Shown here: in pieces, positions 39,500 to 50,500 of the stretch
Layout: each line of letters opens with the position of its first letter
Position numbering within the stretch: position 1 is the stretch's first letter
Translations under genes and position numbers: made by a program
Notes under the pieces: generated by a model
What the model was told of the DNA's origin: nothing
What the model saw: only the letters and a program-made list of their open reading frames with translations
Database searches by the model: none
From: Nitrosopumilus sp.
GTDB lineage: Archaea > Thermoproteota > Nitrososphaeria > Nitrososphaerales > Nitrosopumilaceae
DNA length: 64,000 nucleotides
Reading direction: 5' to 3'
Assembly (NCBI GenBank): GCA_963667665.2
Contig: OY763927.2
Coordinates: forward strand, 1,410,303 to 1,474,302

Positions 39500-42358
39500 T
39501 TAGTTGCCTACCTCAATTGAGATGTAATGCATCTCAGGTATTCCATCTTTAACAAATATTGTACCAATATTGAGATCATTTTCTTCTTGCCACATGAATA
39601 CTCTATCACTACGTGGCTTTACAAAGTCATCAATGAATTTAGAAAGGAATTCTTCAGTATCTACACGTTCATTTTCAGTAAAGAAGATTAGTTTTCCTTC
39701 ACTAAATGATAGTGGAATCTGAATAGATGCTGGTTCAGCAATTGTAATTTCATTTTCTTCAAAAACAGATTTTATGATATCAATTCTGTCATTTTTAGCT
39801 AGTTCAGAATATTCATCATCTGAAGTTATAGATATTACTACACCAGAAACTTTCTTCAAATACTCTTCAAATGCTTCTTCTTGTGTATCGCCTAACCCAA
39901 CAAAATATTCTCCATTAAACGCTGCTCCAACTGCTGCGATAGTACCAATTTGGGCAACTACTCCTCCAGCACCTGCAGTGTATACTGTGATAAAGTAGAC
40001 ATCATGTTCACCTACATGATACAAAATATTATCACCAATTCTTGGATTCCTCAAGAGTGTCTTTAGTTGAGCAAAGTCTGGATCTCTATCAAGAGCCTCT
40101 CTAACTGCAGTAGGACCAATCAATTTAGTTGTAGAATTTAGTGGTACTTCATAGAACTGCAAGTCTCCTAAAGTATCAAGATCATTTTCAACTATCATGT
40201 ATCCAGCAAGGTTTCTTCCTTGAGAGCCTTTCAGTTCTAATGATAGTAATCCTATGAATTCAGTTTGTTCAAAGCCTGGTGGTTTTGCTTCAACATAATA
40301 AGTATCAAGACCTCGTGGAATTTCGTAGAATTCATTGGCTTGAATAAATGTCTCAACATTAGTTACATGGTAAATATTATACATCTGTGTTTTCCAATTA
40401 AATAATTCAGCAGGATATCTAACTTGTTCATCTAACCAAGAAGGAATTGGTATTATTTGTTCAGAGTATTGACTAGAAAACATTTCTGAAAAGAAATCAT
40501 CTCCAGTAGTAAGTAGTTGAATATTACCATCGTATGTATCAACAAGTGCATAACCTACTAAACGTAAGAAAGGATTTCCAACAGACCAAGGAATATCATT
40601 TGTATCAAATCCAATAATTAATGGAATTAACCAATAGGAATTTTCTCCATCAGTAACAGGAATTGAATCTAATTCTTTTCCAAACAATTCATAAAGGAAG
40701 TAAGGATATAGAATTTTCATTCTTTCATGAACGTCTTTGTATCTCATAACATGAACTGGTTCAGTTGGAAATGAAAGCAAAAAGTTTGGCTCAAAGGTCC
40801 AACTTAGTGGTGGAGAAACGGCTAATCCACCCATACCTGAATAAAGAGCTCCTCCAAGTTCAGCACTTTCTGAACCTCTTGAAGTAGGAAAACCAGACCA
40901 GGTTTGCTCAAATAGTCCACCCTCACCATAGTAGATCTCTCTTTGTTTGAAAAATTTACTACTGTCAACAATTTGACCGTCAGTTGCTTCAAGAGTGAGG
41001 AATCCATTTGGAACATGAGTATAGACAAGATGCTCGTTATACCATCTGTTTTCAGCACTTACAGTGGATGGTAGAATTGGTTTCATTGAAGCTGTCCAAT
41101 ACAAAGTATTGTTAAAGCGAAGAATATCATTATCTTCAAAGTCTACATACGGAATAAGTCCAATTTCAGGCTTTAACTTGGCAAAAGCTCCTTCCCAATC
41201 CCAAACTCGAATTACATCAAGAACGTCACTGTTTTGTTGTACATAATTATTGATATTATTTGGAGAAACAGCTGATAGTTTTACATCATGAATGTTTTCT
41301 TGTACTTGATCTAATTCACCAAGATATCGATTTACTCCAATTTGTTGAGCAGTGTATGGTCCCAAATATTCAATCTTCTTTGCATCAGCAACACTATTGT
41401 TAACAGAAATAACTCCTACTACAATAATTGCAATTGCACTAACTGTTATAATTCTAATGTATACATCTCTCTTAAACATATGAGTTAGAACACGTGCTCG
41501 AATATTATCTACTACTGAAAATGCAATTAATGCAAAGCCTATGACAAGTACACCACCAATTATATATCTTGTATTGTAATCAATTTGATCTGTCAAGAAG
41601 AGATTAAAACCTACCCAGAGAATACCAATGCCAATTATTCCTTCAATAGTTGAAACATAGCTTAGGTATCGTGGTTTTCCTTCATTAGAATCATGAAGAA
41701 ATGAAGTTATCACAGAAATAATTTTATGAATTCCAACATACAAAACTAAACGTAATCCAATTGCTGCAAGTATTGGAGGAAGCAATATCAGCAAACTAGG
41801 AATCATTGGAACAACATTTTCTACTGCATAATTTGGATCAGTATCAGGTGTTACAAAGGGTAGAGGAAATAATTTTGGTATATTTTCAATTCCTAGAGTA
41901 TTTCCATCAATAAATGACATTGCTGCAAATCCAAACATAATATTTGCAAAGAATGCTCCAAAAAGCAGAATCTTGGTAATTTGCCAGATAACAAATTGCG
42001 GAGCAGATATTTTGTAATCTCTAAAACTTCGGATATCACTTGCTAAAGGTTGTTGTCCACCTTTGGCAAGAAATCCAAGTGCTGTACTAATAGCATACCA
42101 GAAAATTGAAGATCTACTAACAATATTTACACGTACAAGAGCAATTGTAGAGAGAATTATTGCAGAGACTAGAGTGTAAAAGAGAGGTTTGGTAAATTGT
42201 TCACCAAATTCGGTGAAATTCATGGATAAAATTACTCCCTGATTTCCAACTGTGGCAAAAATTACAATAGCCATAATGGCTACAATGGCTAATCTGACAA
42301 GTTTTCCAGCATCAGGAGGTGGTGTCTGCTTATCAATAGAGGCACTATACAAAATCAA
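39500..42358 (-). CDS. UPF0182 family membrane protein
   Basis: N-terminal TM cluster, HLVYTH, IYYGE, GYALVDTYDG.IQLL, VRYPAELF, GRNLAGYM. Confidence 0.85.
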   Translation of the reverse strand: MILYSASIDKQTPPPDAGKLVRLAIVAIMAIVIFATVGNQGVILSMNFTEFGEQFTKPLFYTLVSAIILSTIALVRVNIVSRSSIFWYAISTALGFLAKGGQQPLASDIRSFRDYKISAPQFVIWQITKILLFGAFFANIMFGFAAMSFIDGNTLGIENIPKLFPLPFVTPDTDPNYAVENVVPMIPSLLILLPPILAAIGLRLVLYVGIHKIISVITSFLHDSNEGKPRYLSYVSTIEGIIGIGILWVGFNLFLTDQIDYNTRYIIGGVLVIGFALIAFSVVDNIRARVLTHMFKRDVYIRIITVSAIAIIVVGVISVNNSVADAKKIEYLGPYTAQQIGVNRYLGELDQVQENIHDVKLSAVSPNNINNYVQQNSDVLDVIRVWDWEGAFAKLKPEIGLIPYVDFEDNDILRFNNTLYWTASMKPILPSTVSAENRWYNEHLVYTHVPNGFLTLEATDGQIVDSSKFFKQREIYYGEGGLFEQTWSGFPTSRGSESAELGGALYSGMGGLAVSPPLSWTFEPNFLLSFPTEPVHVMRYKDVHERMKILYPYFLYELFGKELDSIPVTDGENSYWLIPLIIGFDTNDIPWSVGNPFLRLVGYALVDTYDGNIQLLTTGDDFFSEMFSSQYSEQIIPIPSWLDEQVRYPAELFNWKTQMYNIYHVTNVETFIQANEFYEIPRGLDTYYVEAKPPGFEQTEFIGLLSLELKGSQGRNLAGYMIVENDLDTLGDLQFYEVPLNSTTKLIGPTAVREALDRDPDFAQLKTLLRNPRIGDNILYHVGEHDVYFITVYTAGAGGVVAQIGTIAAVGAAFNGEYFVGLGDTQEEAFEEYLKKVSGVVISITSDDEYSELAKNDRIDIIKSVFEENEITIAEPASIQIPLSFSEGKLIFFTENERVDTEEFLSKFIDDFVKPRSDRVFMWQEENDLNIGTIFVKDGIPEMHYISIEVGN

Positions 42359-42399
42359 ATTTCGTTGTGATTTGGTAAATTAATGTCTTACCAGCAAAA

Positions 42400-43521
42400 T
42401 CAAGCTATTGTTGCTAGTTTTTTGCAAATCATATAGACTGCAGCATATGTTGAAATTGTGACTTTTTCATTGGTATATGGACCAAATTTTTTGTTTTTGA
42501 GAGAAAATTCTATTGGGCAGTTTGCAAAAACTTCTACTGAATCATCACTAAGAAAAGATGCATTAGTATATGGATCAAACTTTGTTAAATTTTTACAAAG
42601 AATTTTTGTGAGACCACTTTTGCTGTTTATAGATCCAGGTAATCTAAAGATTCTATGAATATCCATAGTTACATTAGGATCAATTTTTACTCCAATTTTC
42701 TCTGTTACATCATCAAGAGTTTTTTGGAAAGAAGAATAACCATTAACAAGTAACTCTGAAATAATTTTTGAGCGTTTTGATTTAGAACCAAACACTTGTT
42801 TAGAAAATCTTCCTCTCCATCCATTTTCATTAAAATCTGGGAAAGATGAACGATTTGGTTTAAATTTCTTCATTCCAAATTTTTCAGGAATAGCTCCATT
42901 AAACATAATGTAATCTGTGAGTTCCGCTCTTTCTCTAGAACCAATTTGTTGAAATTGTGAATCAAACACATAAACATGAAATCCTTCATTGCCAGAAAAA
43001 TATACATGAATATTTTCTTGAGATATTGCTAGATCATCAATTAGAACTTCAGTTAGTTTAGATACTTCAGTTTTTGAGGTGTCAATACAATTTTTACAAG
43101 GTAAGGATTTTTTTTCTATTTTTGTAGAATTACATTTTAAACAATGTTCAGAGTTTTTTGAAACTTGATTGCATTCATTACATATTGATACAGTATGATT
43201 TTCTCTGCAAGACAAATTAAGATCTTTTGCATCAATATCAAAAATCAGATCTGCTTCTTTCCAGTCTTTTTCGTTCATAGGTAAATTGGGAAAAGAATAG
43301 TATGCATTTGAACAATAAACATCAGATGGAATGTTTTGCATAAATAACAAATGTAATTCATTATCATTTTTTAATGAAATATGACGAGTCATTCCAGAAT
43401 TGAATTTTTGATACCCAAATTCTCTTTCAGATGTACGTTCAGGTACTTGAATTAGATTAAAATGCTCAAAATAATATTTTTTGAACGAGTCTTCTAAGAA
43501 TTTAATGTCAGTTTCTTTCAT
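42400..43521 (-). CDS. priS: DNA primase small (catalytic) subunit
   Basis: REFGY, DLIFDIDAKD, FSGNEGFH, IDPNVTMDIHRIFRLPGSINSK. Confidence 0.95.
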   Translation of the reverse strand: MKETDIKFLEDSFKKYYFEHFNLIQVPERTSEREFGYQKFNSGMTRHISLKNDNELHLLFMQNIPSDVYCSNAYYSFPNLPMNEKDWKEADLIFDIDAKDLNLSCRENHTVSICNECNQVSKNSEHCLKCNSTKIEKKSLPCKNCIDTSKTEVSKLTEVLIDDLAISQENIHVYFSGNEGFHVYVFDSQFQQIGSRERAELTDYIMFNGAIPEKFGMKKFKPNRSSFPDFNENGWRGRFSKQVFGSKSKRSKIISELLVNGYSSFQKTLDDVTEKIGVKIDPNVTMDIHRIFRLPGSINSKSGLTKILCKNLTKFDPYTNASFLSDDSVEVFANCPIEFSLKNKKFGPYTNEKVTISTYAAVYMICKKLATIA

Positions 43522-44546
43522 TACTTTCTCTTCTTTCCAAATTGTAGTGGGTTTATGATATTATCACATTCTGGAATAGCAAAACAAAGATCTTGTGTTT
43601 TTAGTTTCTCACAAGAAGGGCAAATGTATTTAGTGCCACTTCCAGAAGTTCCAGCCAAATGATTTAGTTGGTAAAGTGTAACGCGTTCGTTATAATCAGG
43701 AGCATTTTTGAATAATGGTGCAATTTGTTCTACTGATTGACCCTTTGAGAGTAAAAAAGAAGCCAACATGAATCTTCCAGAATGTGGAAGATTTTCACCT
43801 TTTTCAAGTTCTTCAATTCCATGTTTAATACATGGTGGATATTCTCCAGTAGTTACAGTAAAGGTTACAAATTTTTTTGATAGTGAAACAAGTTTGTTTA
43901 CAGAATCCTCAAAACCTGGAATCATTACAGGAGTTTTTGCATTAATAATTTTTGAATTGATGTATGTTCCTAATTCTTTTCTTATCAGTCTGACTGTTTC
44001 ATGTGGAGTAAGAAAGACTTGTCCATTTTCCACATGTCTGTTGATTAGTTTCCATTCTCTTTCATGAAAATTAATTGAATGTTTTAGATAATCAGATACC
44101 GAAATTACAAAGAAATCATCAAGTTTCTCAACTTGAACTGAAAAGAGGTCATCAATTACTTTAATTGCTAATTCTTTTTTTGATTCATCTGAAATATTTG
44201 CTAGATCTTTTTCAAGATATTTTTCTGCACGTCTTGCTTCTGCAAGTGCAAATCTCTTGATTAGAGTATGCATACCACTTAGTTTCAATAGTACAATAGC
44301 CAAAAGAAACGAGAAAACCTCTCTAGGTAAAGCTGCCTCTTTTGAGACTTGATCTCCAATTAGATCGGATTTGTAGATTTTTCCATCTGCTGCAACCTGA
44401 ATTCGATCAAATGCTTTGCCAACTAGCTGTTTTAAATCAGGATCTGTGCCAAACTGCTCTAGTGTAAATCCCTTATCTTTGAGGTATTGCCCAGCATCTG
44501 TTAAGAAAGGATACTTTGCAATTTCGTCTTGTCCAAGTTCAAGCAT
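43521..44546 (-). CDS. priL: DNA primase large subunit
   Basis: AKYPFL, YPPCIK, NLPHSGRF, APDYNERVT.YQL, CPSC..C Fe-S cysteines. Confidence 0.93.
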   Translation of the reverse strand: MLELGQDEIAKYPFLTDAGQYLKDKGFTLEQFGTDPDLKQLVGKAFDRIQVAADGKIYKSDLIGDQVSKEAALPREVFSFLLAIVLLKLSGMHTLIKRFALAEARRAEKYLEKDLANISDESKKELAIKVIDDLFSVQVEKLDDFFVISVSDYLKHSINFHEREWKLINRHVENGQVFLTPHETVRLIRKELGTYINSKIINAKTPVMIPGFEDSVNKLVSLSKKFVTFTVTTGEYPPCIKHGIEELEKGENLPHSGRFMLASFLLSKGQSVEQIAPLFKNAPDYNERVTLYQLNHLAGTSGSGTKYICPSCEKLKTQDLCFAIPECDNIINPLQFGKKRK

Positions 44547-44632
44547 GATAGTAACTTACCTAATTTACTTAAAAATCCGGTTATGGGAATTTCAAAGCTG
44601 ATTTAAATTATGTTTTTTAGAAAACTATCTAA

Positions 44633-45471
44633 ATGCAGATCGGCTGTCATGTCTCAATTGCAGGATCAATTGACAAGGCAGTAGATAATGCTGTAAAAAG
44701 AGGATGTTCTGCTTTTCAGATATTTACAAGAAACCCAAGAGGTTGGCACGCAAAAGAACTCATCAAAGAAGATATTTCTAATTTTAAATCAAAACTAAAA
44801 GAAAGTAAAATAGACAGATTTGCAATATGTGCACACATGCCATATTTACCAAATCTTGCTAGTCCAAAAGACGATGGATTTCAAAAATCAGTGAGAATAT
44901 TAGGAGATGAAGTTGAAAGATGTGCACAGTTAGGAATTCCATATCTTGTAACACATCTTGGTAGTCATTTGGGAACTGGTGATGAAGCTGGAATTAGAAG
45001 ACTAGTAGATGGTTTAACACAAGCAGTACAACCAGAAAATGATGTAATGATTCTATTAGAGAATACTGCGGGTCAAAAAAACTCTGTAGGTTCTGAATTT
45101 AAACAACTAGGAGAAATTTTCAATCAATTAAAACCTGCAAACAAATTTGGTATTTGTTTTGATACTTGTCATGCATTTGTTTCAGGATACGATATGAGAA
45201 CTGCAGAGAAAGTAAAGGAGACTTTTGATGAATTTGATAAACATGTAGGAATAGAGAATTTAAAAATTCTTCACCTAAATGATGCTAGAGGAGAAATAGG
45301 TTGTAATCTTGATAGACACTATCATTTAGGATTAGGAGAATTGGAGAGAAAGGAATTGCTGCAGTTGTAAAATTTGCAAACAAGAAAAAAATTCCAATCA
45401 TTTTAGAGACTCCAATTGATGATGATAGAGATGATTTTGAGAATATCAAAATAGCAAAGGAATTTGCGTAG
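44633..45471 (+). pseudogene. nfo: endonuclease IV (AP endonuclease), frameshifted by a 1-nt deletion at about 45339-45340
   Basis: HVSIAG, FQIFTRNPR, HMPYLPNL, LENTAG, DTCH, HLND, DRH in frame. The remaining C-terminus IGEKGIAAVVKFANKKKIPIILETP...KEFA-TAG continues in a shifted frame to 45471. Confidence 0.85.
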
Positions 45472-45490
45472 AAATTTATGCAATGATTGA

Positions 45491-46960
45491 GTGAATCTAA
45501 CAATGGACTATGAAGCAGTTATGAAATTAGCACTTGAGCGTGGATTTTACTTTCCTAGTTGTGAGATTTATGCTGATGCACAGGCTGGATTTTGGGAGTA
45601 TGGACCATCTGGAGTTAGTTTGAAAAATAAATTTCTTGAATTATGGAGAAGAGAGCTAATACGAAGAGATGGGATGCTTGAGATTGATGGCTCTCAAATA
45701 ATGTCTAAATCAGTTTTTGAGGCATCAGGTCACTTGAGTAACTTTGCTGATCCAATTATAAAATGTACAAAATGTAATTCAACATTTAGAGCAGATAGAA
45801 CAATTGCAGATATTACAAAAATTGAGATTCCTGAAAGTGCAGGTTTGGAGGAATTTGATAATGCTATTTCACAAAATAACATAAAGTGCCCAAAATGTAA
45901 AGGAGATTTTGAGAAGACAAAGAAATTCAATATGATGTTTAGAGTTGGTATTGGTCCTGAAGGAGAAGAAGCATACCTTAGACCTGAGACATGTCAATCA
46001 ATCTTTGTAGATTTTCCTAGACTCTTTAAGACCATGCGAGGAAAGCTTCCTTTAGGAATAGCTCAAGTGGGAAAGAGTTTTAGAAATGAGATAGCGCCAA
46101 GACAGAGTCTGCTTCGTCTTAGAGAATTTTATCAGGCAGAAATTGAAGTCTTTTGTAATCCATCAAAGTTAGATGAGATAGAAAAGTTTGTAGAGATTCA
46201 AGATACAGTGATTAGAGTTCAAACTGATGCAGAACCTGTTTCTATGACATGCAAAGAAGCAGTAGAATCAGGAACTATTCCAAACAAGTTTGTTGCATAT
46301 TACTTGGGAATTTTAACTGAATTTTATGAAAAGACTGGAATAGATATTACAAAAAGCAGATTCAGAAAACTTGGTGAGAAAGAAAAGGCGTTCTATGCTG
46401 AAGTTGCATTTGATTTTGAGGTAGAAACCACAATAGGATGGTTAGAACTAGTTGCATGTAACTATAGATCTGACTATGATTTATCCAGTCATGCAAAAAA
46501 GAGTAAGGAGAAATTTGAAGTAATGGATAATGATGAAAAGGTTTTGCCACACATTTTTGAGATTTCAATGGGAATTGACAGGAGTCTTTACACCATCTTA
46601 GAGCACAGTTTGAAAGATGATAAGGAACATGAGAGAATTGTTCTATCACTAAAACCATATCTTTCTCCTGTTCATGTGGGAGTACTATCTCTAGTCAAAA
46701 AGGATGGCCTTAAAGAGAAAACTGATGAGATTTATCTTCAAATTAAAAGAAAATATGATGCGTTTTTGGATCACTCTGGTGCCATAGGACGAAGATATAG
46801 GAGATTAGATGAGGTTGGTTCTCCCTTTGCTATTACTGTTGATCATCAAACTCTTGAAGATGAAACTGTAACCATTAGGAAAAGAGATTCAATGGAACAA
46901 AACAGAATTAAAATTTCTGATCTTGATTCTATAATATCTGAATCAATTGCATTTCCATAA
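45491..46960 (+). CDS. glyS: glycyl-tRNA synthetase, archaeal/eukaryotic type (likely start ATG 45503)
   Basis: YGPSG, YLRPETCQ, AQVGKSFRNEIAPRQSLLRLREFYQAEIE, GAIGRRYRRLDEVG. Confidence 0.96.
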   Translation: MNLTMDYEAVMKLALERGFYFPSCEIYADAQAGFWEYGPSGVSLKNKFLELWRRELIRRDGMLEIDGSQIMSKSVFEASGHLSNFADPIIKCTKCNSTFRADRTIADITKIEIPESAGLEEFDNAISQNNIKCPKCKGDFEKTKKFNMMFRVGIGPEGEEAYLRPETCQSIFVDFPRLFKTMRGKLPLGIAQVGKSFRNEIAPRQSLLRLREFYQAEIEVFCNPSKLDEIEKFVEIQDTVIRVQTDAEPVSMTCKEAVESGTIPNKFVAYYLGILTEFYEKTGIDITKSRFRKLGEKEKAFYAEVAFDFEVETTIGWLELVACNYRSDYDLSSHAKKSKEKFEVMDNDEKVLPHIFEISMGIDRSLYTILEHSLKDDKEHERIVLSLKPYLSPVHVGVLSLVKKDGLKEKTDEIYLQIKRKYDAFLDHSGAIGRRYRRLDEVGSPFAITVDHQTLEDETVTIRKRDSMEQNRIKISDLDSIISESIAFP

Positions 46961-46983
46961 ATCAATCATACAAGTTTTAGAAA

Positions 46984-47583
46984 TTACTTTGAAAATACTG
47001 TAATTGTTTCAGAGTGATATCTGTATTTTACCTTCACAGAAATGTCTTCCATTGCATGTGCTTGTTGGATAAATCCATCTTCTGTCTCTACAGAAACGTT
47101 CCATTGTCCAGTAATTGGATCAATGGATGTTATTGAGAATCTCTCAAGTGCATTATCTGCACCACTGTATTTCACTCTAAGTACTTGATCACCATACATT
47201 ATACTAGTTAGACCGCCACGATTACCTTTGGTATTTTCATTTATCATACAATCATCAGTGCTTCCAATTACACATTGTCCTAGTGGATCAGTTAGATGAA
47301 ATCTCAAGTTTTCATCTGAATTTGATGAATAGATGAGTGCAGGTTCTGCAATAACTTGTCCATCTATTTCAATTAATTCTAGTGAAGGTAATTCAAATGC
47401 TGAGATTGATGTTGTTCTTGGATGGCTATGAAGTGTAGCTGATTCTGTAATAACTGATTGGTCATACAAGTCTACTTTACCTTGTAATTCATTACTAGAG
47501 TATGAATCAGATTTTGGAATATCCCAATCAAATGTAACTTTGGTTTGACCTGGTTCAAAGAGTTGTGTTCTTTGTGATACAAC
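46984..47583 (-). other. in-frame C-terminal 200 codons of the giant gene, downstream of the internal TAG
   Basis: GAT GGT TAG GTT GTA TCA CAA ... GTA GAC TTG TAT GAC reads VVSQRTQLFEPGQTKVTFDWDIPK... without a frame change. Confidence 0.85.
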
Positions 47584-50500
47584 CTAACCATCTACAATTA
47601 GTGATACTAATCCATATGCTGTTGAATTATCAGTAAATATGTAGACTTCTGGTTTGATTGCAACTCCAGATGGTTTGACTGTAGGTATATCCATCTCTAC
47701 TGAAATACTAGATGATGATGTTGGTTTTACACCAATCTCATACTGTCTAGAATCAATTGAATTTAGATCCTCATCTAGAATATGTAACCAGTATTTCATT
47801 CCTGGTTCTACCATAAAGTATGATGGAATTGTTGCACTAACAAATGATGTAGAGTTTGAAATTGACATTGATTCTACATTCATTCTGATTGCAACATATT
47901 CTTCATCTGTCTCACCTAGAGTTGCAGTTCTTAGTTCTACTCTTACTAATGGGAATTTACTATCTATTATTGCAGTTACAGTCAAGTCCTCTCCGTTAAG
48001 ATAGAATAATTCTGATTCAGATTCTACGTTATGCATTGTACCATTACCAATTTGGAATTTCATATCAAATATTCTTGGAACATCAAATGATACTTCTTCT
48101 TCCTCAGGTAATTCTACAATTGTTGTAGAACCAGTACATGATGTGAGATATACTGGAGCCTGAACTCTGTTTATTATTTCACCCTTGATTTCAGAAAGTA
48201 CTACCATCATGAATGTTTCATCAGAAGCTATTGGTGCCTCAAAGACATACTTGTTAATGCTTGAGAATTGGTTAAACTCTTCAAATGGCTGGTCTTCAGC
48301 TAGTACAGCATATACTGTTCCTGATCTTGTTGTATGAAGTACTACTGTTGGAATCTCATCAGCATCACTAGATACTAAAATTCTGACCATATTTTCATCA
48401 CATTTGTCATAAGATACCTCGTTGATTGCTAGTGGTGTTCCTAGAATTCCACCAAATCCACCAGTACCACCAGCTCCACTACCTCCAGCACTTCCACTAC
48501 CACCAGTACCACCAGTACCACCAGTACCACCAGTACCACCAGTACCACCAGTACCACCAGTACCACCAGTACCACCAGTACCACCAGTACCACCAGTACC
48601 ACCATCTCCACCTGATGATGTTGATGAACTTCTACCAAATGCAGTAAAGTGAGTAGTCCAAACTATAAGATCTTCTCCATCATCAAATACACATTCTCCT
48701 GCTCCACCAAGTTGTGTCTTTACTGTAGCAAGATCATCAGCAGTACAGACTGTAGTGATAAAGCTTACAGAAGTATCTGCTGGTCTCTTAAAGAATGCCT
48801 CAAATCCTTGACCACCGTCTTCAGTTAACTCTAATCTTACTGGCTCATCAAATGTTATTTCACCGGATGAAAATCCAATTTCAAATGCAGTAATATCACT
48901 AAATGTTTCAGTTTCAGTATCTGGAATTGTAATTGGTGTAAACATTGGCAATTCTAGAAGACCATCCCAACCAGCAGGACCAGTCATTGTTGTAGAGTCT
49001 GCTAATATTACTTCAACATCAAGTGTTGGAGCACTATCACTAAGGTCTGCAACAAGAGTCCAGCCATTAGTTATTGTTACAGAATCTCCAACAAGAATTG
49101 CATTGTAGTTCATTGTGGCATCATCAATGTTATCCATAATGAGTGAAGATAATAATGCGTCTGAACTAAGTATTACCAATTCTGTGTCATCATTTGTTAT
49201 AGTTATTGATGTTTGTCCATCTTCAACAAGCACTTGATTTGGTCCTAGATTTTTCAAGTCAGTTTCACTGTCTGAGAAGCTTAGTGTTTCAATGAAAGAT
49301 GCAGAAGCCTTTTTGTTGATGAGATCTACTAGTGAGAATGACTCTGTAAGGGAGACTGAAGCTGCTTTGGTAGTATCAACTGCATCTACAAATGTTAGTG
49401 ACTCTATTAGAGAAATAGATGCGGCGTGATCAGTATCAACTACATCTACAAATGTTAGTGACTCTGTGAGTGAGACGGATGCTATCTTGGTAGTATCAAC
49501 TATATCTACAAATGTTAGTGACTCTGTGAGTGAGACGGATGCTGTCTTGGCGATGTTATCAGTGAAGGTTAGTGATTCTTCGAGTGAGACGGATGCTGTC
49601 TTGGCGATGTTATCAGTGAAGGTTAGTGATTCTGTAAGAGAGACTACAGCAGTATTTGTAGTGTCAACTGCATCTGCAAATGTTAGTGATTCTTCTAGTG
49701 AGATGGATGCTATCTTGGCGATGTTATCTACAAATGTTAGTGATTCTGTAAGTGAGACGGATGCAGCGTGATCAGTGTTAACTGCATCTACAAATGTTAG
49801 TGATTCTGTAAGTGAGATTGAAATAGCTCCATTGGCAGAAATTATATCTGTAAATGTTAGTGATTCTTCTAGTGAGACGGATGCTGCTTTGGTAGTGTCA
49901 ACTGCATCTGCAAATGTTAGTGATTCTGTAAGAGAGATTGAGAGAGTCTTTGTAATGTTATCATTGAAGGTTAGTGACTCTGTGAGTGAGACGGATGCTG
50001 TCTTGGCGATACTATCTACAAATGTTAGTGATTCTTCGAGTGAGACTGAGAGAGTCTTTGTAATACTATCTACAAATGTTAGTGATTCTTCTAGTGAGAC
50101 TGAGAGAGTCTTTGTAATACTGTCATTGAAAGTTAGAGTTTCAAATAAATTAATTGGGGTAGCGAGGTTAATTACATCATTAAATGATAATGACTCTGTC
50201 AAAGAAATTGAAGTGACGCTCTGAATCTCATCAGTAAAACCTAAAGTTTCAGATAATGCTGCATTAAAGACAGTAGCTGTATTCACATCTATCATAAATC
50301 TCTGATTTCCAGCAGGATCCTTACCCCATATCACTTGAAGATCATCACCACCAGAATTAGATGACTTCATTGAAATTTTAATACCGAATGTTTTACCTGT
50401 GCTGATAGTACCACTTAGTTCGGATAGGTCTATGTTACCTCGAATTTCTTGAACATTAGTAATTTCTATAGTATCAAGTTCAGCATTTTCACTGACAGGA

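Noticed and set aside
45285-45503. 72-aa minus-strand track ORF over the nfo 3' end
   Set aside because: Antisense to the frameshifted nfo C-terminus, which explains the sequence better.
1328-46960. Inteins or tRNA introns in usual hosts (CDC48, Lhr, primase, tRNAs)
   Set aside because: Protein lengths and motif spacing are normal, with no intein splice motifs. All three tRNAs fold without insertions.
49267-50257. CRISPR-like appearance of the 54/60-nt repeats
   Set aside because: Repeats are contiguous, imperfect, multiples of 3, lack unique spacers, lie in an open reading frame, and no cas genes are present.
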